Part shown: in pieces, positions 18,842 to 29,149 of the stretch | Numbering within the stretch: position 1 is the first letter of the stretch | How the letters are laid out: every line of letters begins with the position of its first letter | Source: a virus | IMG/VR virus record: IMGVR_UViG_3300044899_000017 | Coordinates: 13,781 to 77,780 of that record | Direction: 5' to 3' (one strand) | DNA length: 64,000 bases | Notes under the pieces: generated by a model | What the model was told of the DNA's origin: nothing | What the model saw: only the letters and a program-made list of their open reading frames with translations | Database searches by the model: none | Translations under genes and position numbers: made by a program

Positions 18842-19080
18842 AGGCCGATGGTGCCGCATGGGAGCTGTACGTTCAGTGGCGCTTCCGCGGGGAGGACCCT
18901 GCGGAGACGTGGCGTCGCTGGCGTCGGCGCCCGGCACTGTCGGACCCGGAGTGGGGAGCGGCGCGCCGCGAGGCGTTCCTGACGGCCTGCGCGATCTACG
19001 CGGGTCTTCAGGAGCGCATCGTGGCGGACATCGCCGAGGCGTTCTCGAAGCAGGCCGAGAAGAAGAAGGGCGGTAAGTAG
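18829..19080 (+). CDS. -1 frameshift extension of tail assembly chaperone (gpGT-like)
   Basis: XXXYYYZ heptamer GGGAAAC at 18829-18835; -1 frame open to TAG 19080. Confidence 0.8.
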   Translation, partial: GKLLKADGAAWELYVQWRFRGEDPAETWRRWRRRPALSDPEWGAARREAFLTACAIYAGLQERIVADIAEAFSKQAEKKKGGK

Positions 19081-19082
19081 CC

Positions 19083-22000
19083 GTGGCCGAGGGCACGGTC
19101 CGCGGAGCGTTCGACCTCGACACGAGGCCGGCGGTCCGCGGCGTCCGCGATTACCGGCAGGAGGCCGAGCGCGCGGACGCGGCCACGAAGTCGCTCGGGT
19201 CGAGCATCGACGACGCGTTCGGGCCGTCGGAGGTCGCGCATATCCAGACGGTGCGCGAGGAGATGAAGGGCCTCGGCACGCAGTCGAGGGAGACGCGCAT
19301 CGAGGTCCGCGATCAGTGGAAGGGGATGCGCCGCGAGATAGAGCGCGAGGCCGCGGGGATCAGCTCGTCCATCGCCGCGGTGAAGCAGCGGATGGGGGCG
19401 CTCGGGCGCGAGCGGGCGACTCCGCACGTGGACGTGTCGGGCATCACGGCGGCTATCGCGCAGGTGGACCTCCTCGAATCGAGGCTGAACTCGCTGTCGA
19501 GGCAGCGGGCGACGCCGCGAGTGGCGATGGGCGGCGGCTTCGGAGGGGCCGCAGCTCGCGCGGCCTCGGGCGCCGCCGGCGGTGGGCGCGCTGGCGTCTT
19601 CGCGAACTCCGGCACGGGCGGCTCGGGCTTCAGCGTGGGGCCGCTGTCAGGCCGTGCGCTCGCGCTCGGCGCGGGCCTCGGGCTACCGGCCGTCTCGTCG
19701 CTCGCGGGAGGCGCTGTGGGCCTCGGAGGCTCCGCAGGGGGTGCGCTGCTCGGCGCGGGTGCTGGCGGGTTAGCGGGCTTCGGAGCGCTCGCTGTGGGCG
19801 GGGGCAGCGCGTTCTCCGTGGCGAAGCCGGCGCAGACGGCGCTCGCAGCGACGATCAAGGTCCAGACGAAGTACACGGCGGCGGTGCGCGACTTCGGGCG
19901 GGCCTCGACGCAGGCGAAGAACGCGAAGCGCGAACTCGATCAGGCGTACGCGGATAACCGCGGGGTGCAGCACGCCACGCGCCAGCTCTCGGCCTTCAAG
20001 CGCGAGTGGAAGTCGCTAACGGCGCCGGGCCGGCGCGACTACTTCGGGATGATCGGCGACGTAACGCAGATCGGCCGGCGGGTGGCTCCGAACCTCGCGG
20101 CGAACGCGAACACGAGTATGCACGCGGTGCGCGGCGCGGCGACGAACTTCGCGGGGTTCGCCGCGGGGAACGAGACGCAGCGCTTCCTCGGCTTCGAGAC
20201 GCAGACGTTCGCGCGCGAGCTGCCCATCGCCGAGCGCTCGCTCGAAAACGTGACGCTCGGGATCGAACACCTGATCCGGGCCGCGACGCCGTTCTTCCAC
20301 GAGGCGAACGTGTGGGTCGAGCATTGGTCGGCCGGCTGGGCGGACTCGACCTCGAACATCGACGAGCAGCACCGGAAGATGGAACCGCTCGTGCAGTCGT
20401 GGCGGACGTGGTGGCACCTGCTCGGCACCACGAAGACGCTGCTGCGCGACATCTTCACGGCGGGGCAGCCGTCGGGCGACTCGCTCGTGATGTCGCTCGA
20501 TCACACGTTCCAACATTGGGACGACTGGATCAAGCAGCACCCGGCCTCGACGCGGAAGTGGTTCGCCGACTCGGCGGACTCCGTGCGCGGGATGGCCGAT
20601 GCGCTTCGCCACGTCGTGCATTGGCTGTCGCAGATGGCCGACCTGCTGCGGCCGCTGCTCGACCGCTTCTCGCAGCTCGTCGGCTTCGCGTCGCAGCTCG
20701 GGCTGATCGGCACGCCGGGCGCGCTCGCCGCGGTGATGGGCGGCGTCCGCGGCTTCCGCGGCCGCGGGGGCGGGGGTGCCGCCGGCGGGATGGGCGGCGG
20801 GATGGTGCCGTACTTCGGCGCGCCGGCGCCGGCGGCTGCGATGGGCGGCGGCATGGCCGGTGCTGGCGGCATGGCCGCGGGCGGCGCGGCGTACCTCGCA
20901 GCTCGCGGCCGGATGACGTGGGGATCGCTCGGGCCTATCGCGACGCCGGAGGCGTTCGCGCAGCGCTACGGCGGCGTGGCCGGCGCGCGCTACGGGATGC
21001 CGATGTCGCAGGTCGGCGCCGTGCGCGGACCGTGGGCGAGCCGCGCGGCCTCGGGCATGGGCCGCGTCGGCGGGGCGCTGAAGGGAGCTGGCCGCGCGGC
21101 GCTGCCGCTCGCGCTCGGCTTCTCGGCGCTCGACTTCGCGACGTTCGACGGTGGCTTCGGGCAGAAGCTCGACGCCGGCCTCTCGTCGCTGACGCTCGGC
21201 GCGCTGCCGCGGCCGCGCACCGCGGCGCAGACGCAGGACGCCGCGAGTCAGTACGTGCAGAAGTTCCAAGCCTCGCACGTGGACGCGCTGCCGGCGACGC
21301 TCGGCGGCGGCACGACCGCGCTCGGGCGGATCAATGCGGAGATAGGGCGGCTGTCGGGGAAGAAGGGCCTGACGAGCGGGCAGCGGCTCCTCGGCGGCGG
21401 CGACGCGTCGATGTTCGGCCTCTTCTCGACGGGGCAGGGCAACCGCCTTACGGACGAGCAGATGGCCGAGAATAAGAAGCGGATCGAGCTGCTGAACGAC
21501 GAGCGCGCCGCGCTGATCGGCACGAATCATCAGATGGCCGTGGCGCGCAACCGGCGCCGGAACGAGCAGTCGAAGCTCGACGCGACGAGGTTCGGCGCGG
21601 AGCTGCCCGGCGCCATGAGCGTCTACCGCCGGCGCGGCCTCTCCGTCGGCGATGCGATGGACAAGACCGTGAATCAGGTCGAGGGCAAGCTGAAGAAGAT
21701 TCGCGGCGCCGGCGTCGAGACGCTAGGCGAGGCGTCGCTCGCGTGGGCGCGCGAGCTGGCGAAGCACAATCCGGCGCTGAAGAAGCAGGTGGACGAGCTG
21801 AACGACGCCATCGAGGCGCGGTTCCGCCGGATGGGTAAGCGCGTGCAGATCGTGAACGGCGACATCCTGACCGGCTCGAAGCGGGAGTGGCGCGACATCC
21901 GGACGGCGATGTCCGATCCCATCGAGAAGGCGCGCGCGCAGATGACGGACGACTTCACGGCGATTCAGCAGAAGGCCATCGGGTCGCTCGTGTCGATGGG

Positions 22001-24035
22001 CTTCAACCGCGGCGACGCGCAGTCTCTCGTGCAGGGCATCGAGAAGGGCGGGAAGGCCGGCACCACGGCGAGGCAGGACACGAACCTCGGGCCGCAGGGC
22101 GCGAGCGGGTTGCGCGCGTCGGACATCGCGCGGCCGGGCTTCACGCCGACGAAGAAGGCGCGCGGCGGCGTGATCGGCGGGCGCGGGCTGATGGACACGG
22201 TGCCCATCGGCGGCGGCGGGATGGCGGCACCGGGCGAGGCGTGGATCGCGAACCGGCACACGCTCGGCGACCTCTCGCGTGCCACGGTCGCGATGTACGG
22301 CCTGACGGCGCAGCAGATCATCCGCGGCGAGACGCGCCGACACGGCTACGCGCGTGGCGGGATGGCTCGCGGCGGTCCGACGGGCGGCGGCATCGGCGGC
22401 GCGAACCCGGCCGTCTCCGAGATAGCTCGCGCGGCGATGTCGCAGTTCCCCGGCCTGTCCGTCACGTCCACGACGGGCGGCGGGCACGCGACGAACTCGC
22501 TGCACTACCGCGGCGCGGCTATCGACCTCGCCGGCGGGAACATGAACGCGGCCGCGGCGTTCATCGGGCAGCAGTTCGGGAAGACGCTCGCCGAGGGCAT
22601 CCATAACCCGAACCTCTCCGTGAAGGGCGGGCACACGGTGTCGCCGGCCTTCTGGGGTGCGAAGACGTGGGCCGAACACGCGAATCACATTCACATCGGC
22701 GCGTTCGGCCTCGGCGCGAAGGGCGCCGCGGGGATGATCGGCGGCGGCATGGGCGGCGGCGGGAAGCAGTTCCCGCACGTGGCGCTGCACGGCCTCGGGC
22801 GCCAGCAGCCGGGCGTGCCGGGAGCGCTGCGCCAGCGCGGCGGCGACATCTTCGCCGCGGGCCTTCAGCGGAAGCTCAATAAGGCAATAGACAAGAAGAA
22901 CGCCGCGATGGGCGGCGGCGGCGGGAGCCTCGCGGGCTTCTCCGGCGGCGGCAGCGCGACCGCGAATATGCGGCTCGGCCGGAAGATGATGCTCGCCGCG
23001 GGCTTCGGCGGCGATCAGTGGGGCGCGCTGCGGACGCTGTGGCAAGGCGAGTCGGGGTGGTCGAACACCGCGCGGAACCCGTCCTCGGGCGCGTTCGGCA
23101 TCCCGCAGGCGCTCCCGCCGGGCAAGATGGGGCCGAAGGCTGCCGCCGGCGATCCTGCGGCGCAGATCGCGTGGGGCCTGAACTACATCCGCGGCCGCTA
23201 CGGCTCGCCGGCGGGCGCGCTGTCGGCATGGCAGGCGCGCTCCCCGCACTGGTACGCGCGCGGCGGGCGCGCCGCCGGCGGGACGCTGCTCGTGGGCGAC
23301 TCGCTCGGCGTCGGTACGTCCCCCTACCTGAAGCGGATGCTCGGCGACGTGACGACGGACGCCGTGGTCGGCCGGTCGAGCGCGAGCGGCGTCTCCGCGA
23401 TGGCCGAGAAGATGCGCGGCGGCGACTTCAGCTCGATCTTCTTCGACCTCGGCACGAACGACGCGTCGGCGAAGCAGCTCCGCGCGAGCCTGAACCGGGC
23501 ACGCGACCTCGCGCACGGCATCCCGATCACCGCGGCGACCGTGCGCGGGCCGGGAGCTGCCCGGAAGAACTCGATGCTGCGCGACTTCGCGAGCGAGGGC
23601 CTGATCAGTCTCGTCGATTGGGCCGGGCACTCCGGGGGCCTCGTCGGCGGCGACGGCATCCACGCGTCGGGCAAGGGCTATAAGGCGCGGGCGCAGATGG
23701 TCGCCGGCGCGCTTCAGCAGGGTTCCGTGATGGATTGGGGCGGCGGCTTCAAGAACGGCGGCTCGATGGTCACGAACGGGCCGACCGCGTTCGTCGCCGG
23801 CGAGGGCCACCGGCGCCGCGAGCGCGTGACCGTCTCGCCGGACCTGACCGGCCGCGGCGGGCAGCACGCCGGGCCGCGCGTCGTGATCGAGAAGGGGGCG
23901 GTGCAGGTGCATATCGACGGCAGCGGGCACTCGCCGAAGGACATCGAAGCGCTGGCCGAGAAGGTCGGCACGAAGGTCGTGCGGAAGATCATCGACGCGA
24001 TAGACCGCAAGGGCGGCGTGGCGGTGATCGACTGA
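19083..24035 (+). CDS. Tape measure protein with C-terminal M15-like peptidase, lytic transglycosylase and SGNH hydrolase domains
   Basis: 1650 aa Ala/Gly-rich helical; H..NSLHY.G.AID..H..H.H; ESGW..ARNPSSGAFGIPQ..YI..RYG; GDS/GR/GTND/DGIH. Confidence 0.92.
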   Translation: MAEGTVRGAFDLDTRPAVRGVRDYRQEAERADAATKSLGSSIDDAFGPSEVAHIQTVREEMKGLGTQSRETRIEVRDQWKGMRREIEREAAGISSSIAAVKQRMGALGRERATPHVDVSGITAAIAQVDLLESRLNSLSRQRATPRVAMGGGFGGAAARAASGAAGGGRAGVFANSGTGGSGFSVGPLSGRALALGAGLGLPAVSSLAGGAVGLGGSAGGALLGAGAGGLAGFGALAVGGGSAFSVAKPAQTALAATIKVQTKYTAAVRDFGRASTQAKNAKRELDQAYADNRGVQHATRQLSAFKREWKSLTAPGRRDYFGMIGDVTQIGRRVAPNLAANANTSMHAVRGAATNFAGFAAGNETQRFLGFETQTFARELPIAERSLENVTLGIEHLIRAATPFFHEANVWVEHWSAGWADSTSNIDEQHRKMEPLVQSWRTWWHLLGTTKTLLRDIFTAGQPSGDSLVMSLDHTFQHWDDWIKQHPASTRKWFADSADSVRGMADALRHVVHWLSQMADLLRPLLDRFSQLVGFASQLGLIGTPGALAAVMGGVRGFRGRGGGGAAGGMGGGMVPYFGAPAPAAAMGGGMAGAGGMAAGGAAYLAARGRMTWGSLGPIATPEAFAQRYGGVAGARYGMPMSQVGAVRGPWASRAASGMGRVGGALKGAGRAALPLALGFSALDFATFDGGFGQKLDAGLSSLTLGALPRPRTAAQTQDAASQYVQKFQASHVDALPATLGGGTTALGRINAEIGRLSGKKGLTSGQRLLGGGDASMFGLFSTGQGNRLTDEQMAENKKRIELLNDERAALIGTNHQMAVARNRRRNEQSKLDATRFGAELPGAMSVYRRRGLSVGDAMDKTVNQVEGKLKKIRGAGVETLGEASLAWARELAKHNPALKKQVDELNDAIEARFRRMGKRVQIVNGDILTGSKREWRDIRTAMSDPIEKARAQMTDDFTAIQQKAIGSLVSMGFNRGDAQSLVQGIEKGGKAGTTARQDTNLGPQGASGLRASDIARPGFTPTKKARGGVIGGRGLMDTVPIGGGGMAAPGEAWIANRHTLGDLSRATVAMYGLTAQQIIRGETRRHGYARGGMARGGPTGGGIGGANPAVSEIARAAMSQFPGLSVTSTTGGGHATNSLHYRGAAIDLAGGNMNAAAAFIGQQFGKTLAEGIHNPNLSVKGGHTVSPAFWGAKTWAEHANHIHIGAFGLGAKGAAGMIGGGMGGGGKQFPHVALHGLGRQQPGVPGALRQRGGDIFAAGLQRKLNKAIDKKNAAMGGGGGSLAGFSGGGSATANMRLGRKMMLAAGFGGDQWGALRTLWQGESGWSNTARNPSSGAFGIPQALPPGKMGPKAAAGDPAAQIAWGLNYIRGRYGSPAGALSAWQARSPHWYARGGRAAGGTLLVGDSLGVGTSPYLKRMLGDVTTDAVVGRSSASGVSAMAEKMRGGDFSSIFFDLGTNDASAKQLRASLNRARDLAHGIPITAATVRGPGAARKNSMLRDFASEGLISLVDWAGHSGGLVGGDGIHASGKGYKARAQMVAGALQQGSVMDWGGGFKNGGSMVTNGPTAFVAGEGHRRRERVTVSPDLTGRGGQHAGPRVVIEKGAVQVHIDGSGHSPKDIEALAEKVGTKVVRKIIDAIDRKGGVAVID

Positions 24036-24916
24036 TGGCCGTGCGCGGCTCGGGTCCGGGCATCTTCAGCGGCGTTCGCGGCTCCGGGCCGGGCGTCTCG
24101 GGCGGCGGCGGCAGCATCCACGGCGTCGGGCCGGGCATCTACGGGCCGCAGGGGATCGGCCGGAAGGGCGAGGGGCTGCGGGTCCGCATCTCGCGCATAA
24201 ACGGCGAGACGCCGAAGGGCGTGCTAGCGAAGCCGCTGTACCTGCCGGCGACGCTGCGCGGCTTCGGGTGGACGGAGGAGTTCTCGCACGTCGAGTACGA
24301 CACGGTGCGCTCCGGTCAGTTCTCGCAGCCGGCGATGGGGCCGGCCTCGGCGCGCCAGCTCCGCGACGTGGACGACACGGAGACGCTGACGATGGAGTGG
24401 CAGCCGGCGTGGCTCGTCGAACACGGCGTCAATCCCGCACACGTGGCGAGCGCGCTTCGGGCCGCGGGCCGCTCGCGGAAGGCGGTCGAACTCCTCGCGT
24501 ACATCCGCCGCGGCGATCCGGCGCTGCTGCGGATGGACATCACGATCCGCTCGCTGAAGACCGAACTCCGCGAGGGCGAGCCGGACACGCTGTACTACGT
24601 GCTGCGCTTCAAGGAGTGGCGCAACCCGTCCACGCGGCGCAAGGGCGCCGGGCACGCGTCGAGGCTGCCGACGACGCACACGCTTACCGCCGACGACTCG
24701 CTGTACTCGCTGTCGATGCACTACTACCGGACGCACGAGGGGTGGGACGACATCGCTCGGGCGAACCGGATCAAGGGCTTCGGGAAGAAGACTCCGCTCG
24801 TGAAGCACCGGCGCTTCAAGGTCGGCTCGAAGATCAAGATTCCGATCCCGTCGTTCCCGACGGTGCGAGGTCCCGGCCACGTGCAGCCGGGATCGCACGG
24901 GCCGAGGATTCGCTGA
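24035..24916 (+). CDS. LysM-domain baseplate/tube initiator (XkdP-like)
   Basis: C-terminal LysM HTL..DDSLYSLS..YY..W..IARAN..G.KIKIP; N-terminal GSGPG repeats. Confidence 0.85.
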   Translation: MAVRGSGPGIFSGVRGSGPGVSGGGGSIHGVGPGIYGPQGIGRKGEGLRVRISRINGETPKGVLAKPLYLPATLRGFGWTEEFSHVEYDTVRSGQFSQPAMGPASARQLRDVDDTETLTMEWQPAWLVEHGVNPAHVASALRAAGRSRKAVELLAYIRRGDPALLRMDITIRSLKTELREGEPDTLYYVLRFKEWRNPSTRRKGAGHASRLPTTHTLTADDSLYSLSMHYYRTHEGWDDIARANRIKGFGKKTPLVKHRRFKVGSKIKIPIPSFPTVRGPGHVQPGSHGPRIR

Positions 24917-26166
24917 TGGCGACGGCGCTACAGCGGCGCGCGCGGAAGGACCGCACGGGGCGGACGCAGCGCCGGCGCTCGCACACGGCGCGCACGCGGC
25001 ATCCGAACCTCGCGAAGTACTACGGGAAGCGGCTGCCGTCCGTGACGGCGGGCGAGTTCGACTTCTCGCTGACGCTGCTCCGAGGGAAGGGCAATCGCTC
25101 GATCCCGCTCGACTCGATGCTCGTCTCGTTCGAGTGGGCCGACGAGGAGTCGATGCTGTCGGGGAACCTTCAGCTCCGGCGACCCGACGCGGAAGACCGC
25201 AGCTCGCTCCCGATTGGCTCGGGCCACCGCGTGCGGTGCCGCGTGAAGTGGGGCGCGCATTGGTACGAGCTGTGGACGATGCGCTGCTCCGCGCCGACGA
25301 CGACCGTCGAGACGGGCGAAGTGTCCGTGGACCTGAAGGACGACCTCGACCTCGTGCGCCGCGGCGTGCGGCACTACCTCTTCAGGAAGACGAAGCGGCG
25401 GAAGCACGGGTACTTCGGGCACGACGTGCTGCGGATCGCAGCTCGCCGCGAAGGCATCCGGCTCGGGCAGATCGCGAAGTGCCGGCACCGGATGGACAAG
25501 ATCGACATCCACGGCTCGTTCCTTCAGCTCGCCGAGAAGGTCTACACGGAGGAGCGCACGAAGACGGGCCGGAAGTTCGTGCTGCGGATGCGCGACGGGC
25601 GGTTCGAGGTCGTGCCGTACAAGCGGAACGCGATCCTCTACATCCTCGCCGAGCAGCTTCGGACCGCGAGCGTCGTGAAGACGCCGAAGAAGGAAAACCC
25701 GGTGACGGTGCTGAAGGGCCGCGCCCGCATCGGGAAGGGCAAGGCCGCGAAAAAGATCCGGCACACGGACTACCGTCGGGACCTCGTGGCGCGCTTCGGC
25801 TACATGGAGAAAGAGAAGGACTTCGGCCGGGTGAAGTCGCACGCCGACCTGCGCGCGCAGATGCGCCGCGAGCTGGCGCAGGAGTACAAGATCGACACGA
25901 CGTTCTCCGTGCAGCATCAGGGCATCCCGTTCATCCGCCGCGGCGACGGCTGCCAGCTCGTGATCCCGTCGGAGGACATCACGGGCACGCGCTCGTTCGT
26001 GTACGCGACCGCCGGCCGGCATCAGGTGCAGCGCGGGACCTACACGTCGGAGTGGGACTTCAACCGCGACGACCTGTACGAGCAGGACCGCGAGCGGCGC
26101 GAGAAGGAAGCGCGCGCCCGGAAGCGCAAGGCGCGGAAGAAGCGCAAGCGCGGGGATCAGCACTGA
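24916..26166 (+). CDS. Baseplate hub protein (XkdQ-like)
   Basis: Position after LysM gene; GRKFVLR..G, FGYME, GIPFIR.GD motifs. Confidence 0.75.
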   Translation: MATALQRRARKDRTGRTQRRRSHTARTRHPNLAKYYGKRLPSVTAGEFDFSLTLLRGKGNRSIPLDSMLVSFEWADEESMLSGNLQLRRPDAEDRSSLPIGSGHRVRCRVKWGAHWYELWTMRCSAPTTTVETGEVSVDLKDDLDLVRRGVRHYLFRKTKRRKHGYFGHDVLRIAARREGIRLGQIAKCRHRMDKIDIHGSFLQLAEKVYTEERTKTGRKFVLRMRDGRFEVVPYKRNAILYILAEQLRTASVVKTPKKENPVTVLKGRARIGKGKAAKKIRHTDYRRDLVARFGYMEKEKDFGRVKSHADLRAQMRRELAQEYKIDTTFSVQHQGIPFIRRGDGCQLVIPSEDITGTRSFVYATAGRHQVQRGTYTSEWDFNRDDLYEQDRERREKEARARKRKARKKRKRGDQH

Positions 26167-26522
26167 TGGCCGTCCGCGACGAGCCGGAGCTGCTGAACGC
26201 TCGCCGCGCGTTCCCGAAGGCGCAGCAGCTCCTCGCCGGCGTGCCGCTTCGGCGGCTGCCGGGCACGGTCACGGTCGGGTGGCACGACTCGCGCACGCAC
26301 GGCGAGGCGGGGGCGGTCGCCGTGGTGGGCGTCGGCGCCGGCCTCGACGATCTGATCGGCGAAGTGGTGCGCGTCAGTAGCGGCGCCCGCGAGGTCTTCG
26401 TGTACGTCGTGGCCGCGCGCCCGGTGCCGGTGGCGCTGTCGCTGTGGCGTCGGGCGTTCTTCCCGAGCCTCGGGCTGCTCGCGGCCGAGTCGAAGCAGTG
26501 CATCGTGGAGGTCGTGGAGTAA
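26166..26522 (+). CDS. Hypothetical protein, possible double-psi beta-barrel (RlpA-like) fold
   Basis: G..V.V....R.V.V.V...LSL.RRAF..LG...V.V pattern. Confidence 0.5.
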   Translation: MAVRDEPELLNARRAFPKAQQLLAGVPLRRLPGTVTVGWHDSRTHGEAGAVAVVGVGAGLDDLIGEVVRVSSGAREVFVYVVAARPVPVALSLWRRAFFPSLGLLAAESKQCIVEVVE

Positions 26523-26806
26523 TGGCGCGCACGGTGTACGACGAGCTGGCCGACCGGCTGCACGGCCTCGCGCATCGCACGGCGAAGGCCGCGTCGCCGC
26601 CGGTCGAGCGCGGGAAGGTGACGCACGCGGACCCGCTCGTCGTCGAGATGATCGACTCCGACCTGACGCTCGAAGAGGGCGACCCGGACGTGGAGATAGA
26701 CCGCGGCCTGCTGACGGACCGCCCGGCGGTCGGCGACACGGTGCGGGTCCATAAGGACGGCGGGCCGGGCGGCTCCGACTACGTGATCGCGGGGGTGGTG
26801 GAGTAG
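26522..26806 (+). CDS. Baseplate spike-like protein (XkdR/DUF2577-like)
   Basis: GKV...PL.V, VGD.V.V...YVI.G; position. Confidence 0.7.
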   Translation: MARTVYDELADRLHGLAHRTAKAASPPVERGKVTHADPLVVEMIDSDLTLEEGDPDVEIDRGLLTDRPAVGDTVRVHKDGGPGGSDYVIAGVVE

Positions 26807-27345
26807 TGGCGGGCCTCGACGGCTTCGAGCTGATCCCGGACGACGACGACCTCGCGCCGAGCGCCGACGAGGAGCTGAACGCGGCCGCGGCCTCGGCGCT
26901 CGAAGACCCGGAGGCGCCGATCACGGTCCCGACGGACGATCCCGACCCGCTCGGGTACTCGTGGGCGTTCGACTTCGCGGCGGGGCGCTTCATCCGGCAG
27001 GGTGGGCGCCCGGCGCGCGTGACGGGCTACAAGGCGCTAGAGCAGCGGTGCCTGATGGCGCTGTACTCGGCCCGGTACGCGCACGCCGTGTTCTCGGACA
27101 CGTTCGGCGTCGAGCGGCCGCAGGAGGGCATCGGCGAGGCCGGCGACGGCGCGCACGTCGCCGCCGAGGACTGGCGCGTGCAGCTCCGCGAGGCGCTGCT
27201 CGCTTTCGACGACGTGGCCGATGTCTCGCTCGACACGGGATACGACCCGGTGGACGGCGTGATCTACATATGGAATCTCGTCGTGACGACGAACGAAGAG
27301 GTCGAGCTGCCGTTCGACGACATAGCGATAAGCGTGGAGGACTGA
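26806..27345 (+). CDS. Baseplate gp25-like wedge protein (XkdS/DUF2634-like)
   Basis: WAFDF..G.F, G..AL.Q....AL...RY...FS..FGVE, REALL motifs. Confidence 0.8.
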   Translation: MAGLDGFELIPDDDDLAPSADEELNAAAASALEDPEAPITVPTDDPDPLGYSWAFDFAAGRFIRQGGRPARVTGYKALEQRCLMALYSARYAHAVFSDTFGVERPQEGIGEAGDGAHVAAEDWRVQLREALLAFDDVADVSLDTGYDPVDGVIYIWNLVVTTNEEVELPFDDIAISVED

Positions 27346-27348
27346 GCG

Positions 27349-28560
27349 ATGGCGACGGCCGACGAGGAACTACTCGACTTCCTGCCGCTGTACCCGGACG
27401 ACGACGAGGAGTCGATCCTCGAACGGATGCGGGTATGGGCGAACGAGGGCCTAGACCCGGCCATCGACACGGACGCATGGGTGGACACGTCGGAGGGATC
27501 GCACTGGCACGCGTGCGTGATGCCGACGGTGCGCGAGCTGGCGCGCCTGTACGACCTCGCCGGCACTGAGGTCCCGGCCTCGGGCTTCCCCGTGTGGGCG
27601 TGGGCCGACTACCTCGACGACCACGCCGAGGTTCAGGACATCGTGCGGCTGCCGGCGACGCCGGCGGCGGGCGTGGCGACCTTCAGGGGGCCGGAGGGCA
27701 CGCTGATCGCGACGGGCACGACCGTCTCCGTCGAGGTCGTGACGGAGGACGCCGCGGTGCCCGAGTTCGAGGTCACGGCGGGAGGCGTGATCCCGGCGCC
27801 CATCGCGCCGGCGGTGGTCGGCGTGCTGTCCGTGCCGATCAGCGCGACGGAGGATGGCGTCCTCGGGAACGTCGCCGCCGGCGCCATCACGGAGTTCTCG
27901 ACGCCGCCACCCGAGCCGACGGTCACGGTCACGAACGCCGACCCGACGTTCGGCGGCACGGAGGCCGAGTCGGACGAGGGCCTGCGCGAGCGCGTCCTCG
28001 GCGCCTTCACCGGGCAGGGCGCCGGCAATAAGCGCGATTACGAGCGGTGGGCGCGCGCGTGGGCCGGCGTCGGCCGCGTGACGGTGATCCCGCTGTGGAA
28101 CGGGCCGGGCACGGTGAAGGTGATCGTGACGGACGCGAACGGCGACCCGGTGACGCCGGAGACGGTGGCCGGGCTTCAGGCCGACCTCGACCCGGTGCCC
28201 GGACACGCCGAGGGGCGCGCTCCGGTGTCCGCGAACGTGACGGTCGAGACGGCCACGGCGCGGCCTATCGAGGTCGTCGCGCTGATCGAGTTCGAGCCGG
28301 GCTACTCCCTCGACGGGGATGCCGGCACGGTGGCGCTGCGGACGATGGTCGAGGACGCGCTGCGCCAGTACATCGAGCGGGTCGAGCCGGGCGGCGAGGT
28401 CGTGATCGCGAAGGTGCGCGGCGTGATCGTGACCGTGCCGGGCGTCCACGATGTCGGCGCCGTCACCATCGAAGGCGGCGCGGTGAACGTCGCCATCGAC
28501 GACGACCCGCCGGAGGTCCCGACGCTGCCCGTGCCGACGCTGACCGAAGGCGCCGTCTGA
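27349..28560 (+). CDS. Baseplate J-like protein (XkdT-like)
   Basis: DTSEGS, YLD.HA, A...G..GNV, GG...ESDE.LR.R, GN..DY..WA...GVG..P.WNGPGTVKV. Confidence 0.93.
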   Translation: MATADEELLDFLPLYPDDDEESILERMRVWANEGLDPAIDTDAWVDTSEGSHWHACVMPTVRELARLYDLAGTEVPASGFPVWAWADYLDDHAEVQDIVRLPATPAAGVATFRGPEGTLIATGTTVSVEVVTEDAAVPEFEVTAGGVIPAPIAPAVVGVLSVPISATEDGVLGNVAAGAITEFSTPPPEPTVTVTNADPTFGGTEAESDEGLRERVLGAFTGQGAGNKRDYERWARAWAGVGRVTVIPLWNGPGTVKVIVTDANGDPVTPETVAGLQADLDPVPGHAEGRAPVSANVTVETATARPIEVVALIEFEPGYSLDGDAGTVALRTMVEDALRQYIERVEPGGEVVIAKVRGVIVTVPGVHDVGAVTIEGGAVNVAIDDDPPEVPTLPVPTLTEGAV

Positions 28561-29114
28561 TGCCTGCGCTCGCGTCGATGACGCCGCTCGGGCTGGCGTG
28601 GCGCGACCGGCTGCCGGTCGTGCTGCGCGACTCCCCCGAACACCTAGCCGTGATCCACTCGACGATGCGCGAGGTCGAGCGGCTAGAGGCAGCCATCGAG
28701 CAGGTGCGCCGGCAGTTCTTCCCGCAGCAGGCCGACATTCTGCTGAAGGTGTGGGAGCGGCAGGTCGGCATCACGGTCGAGCCGCCGGGATGGACTATCG
28801 AGCAGCGCCGCACGGCCGTCGTCGCGCAGCTCCGGAAGATGCGCTCCTCGCCGAGCGGCGCCGACTGGATGGCCGACGTGTCGCTGCTCGTCGGCGCGGG
28901 GTGGACGTATGCCGAACACGTGCCCGGCGACGTGACCTCGCCGCCGGCCGACACGGTGCGGATCGAGCTGCCGTTCCCGCCGACCTCGGGCATGTACGGG
29001 CTGATCGAACGGACGCTCCGCGAGATGATCCCGGCGCACGTGGACCTCGTGGTGACGTTCTCCGGCGGCTTCGTCCTCGACGAGTCGCAGCTCGATCAGG
29101 AGGCGATGCAGTAG
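28560..29114 (+). CDS. Baseplate protein (XkdU/DUF2313-like)
   Basis: QFF..A..L..WE..VGI, RR..V, IPAH motifs. Confidence 0.85.
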   Translation: MPALASMTPLGLAWRDRLPVVLRDSPEHLAVIHSTMREVERLEAAIEQVRRQFFPQQADILLKVWERQVGITVEPPGWTIEQRRTAVVAQLRKMRSSPSGADWMADVSLLVGAGWTYAEHVPGDVTSPPADTVRIELPFPPTSGMYGLIERTLREMIPAHVDLVVTFSGGFVLDESQLDQEAMQ

Positions 29115-29115
29115 G

Positions 29116-29143
29116 GGTATCGGCCTACGGCCGGACCTAGACT
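29116..29143 (+). promoter_or_regulatory. Putative late-class leaderless promoter
   Basis: GGTATC-N16-TAGACT, 6 nt before GTG 29150. Confidence 0.65.
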
Positions 29144-29149
29144 CACTCC

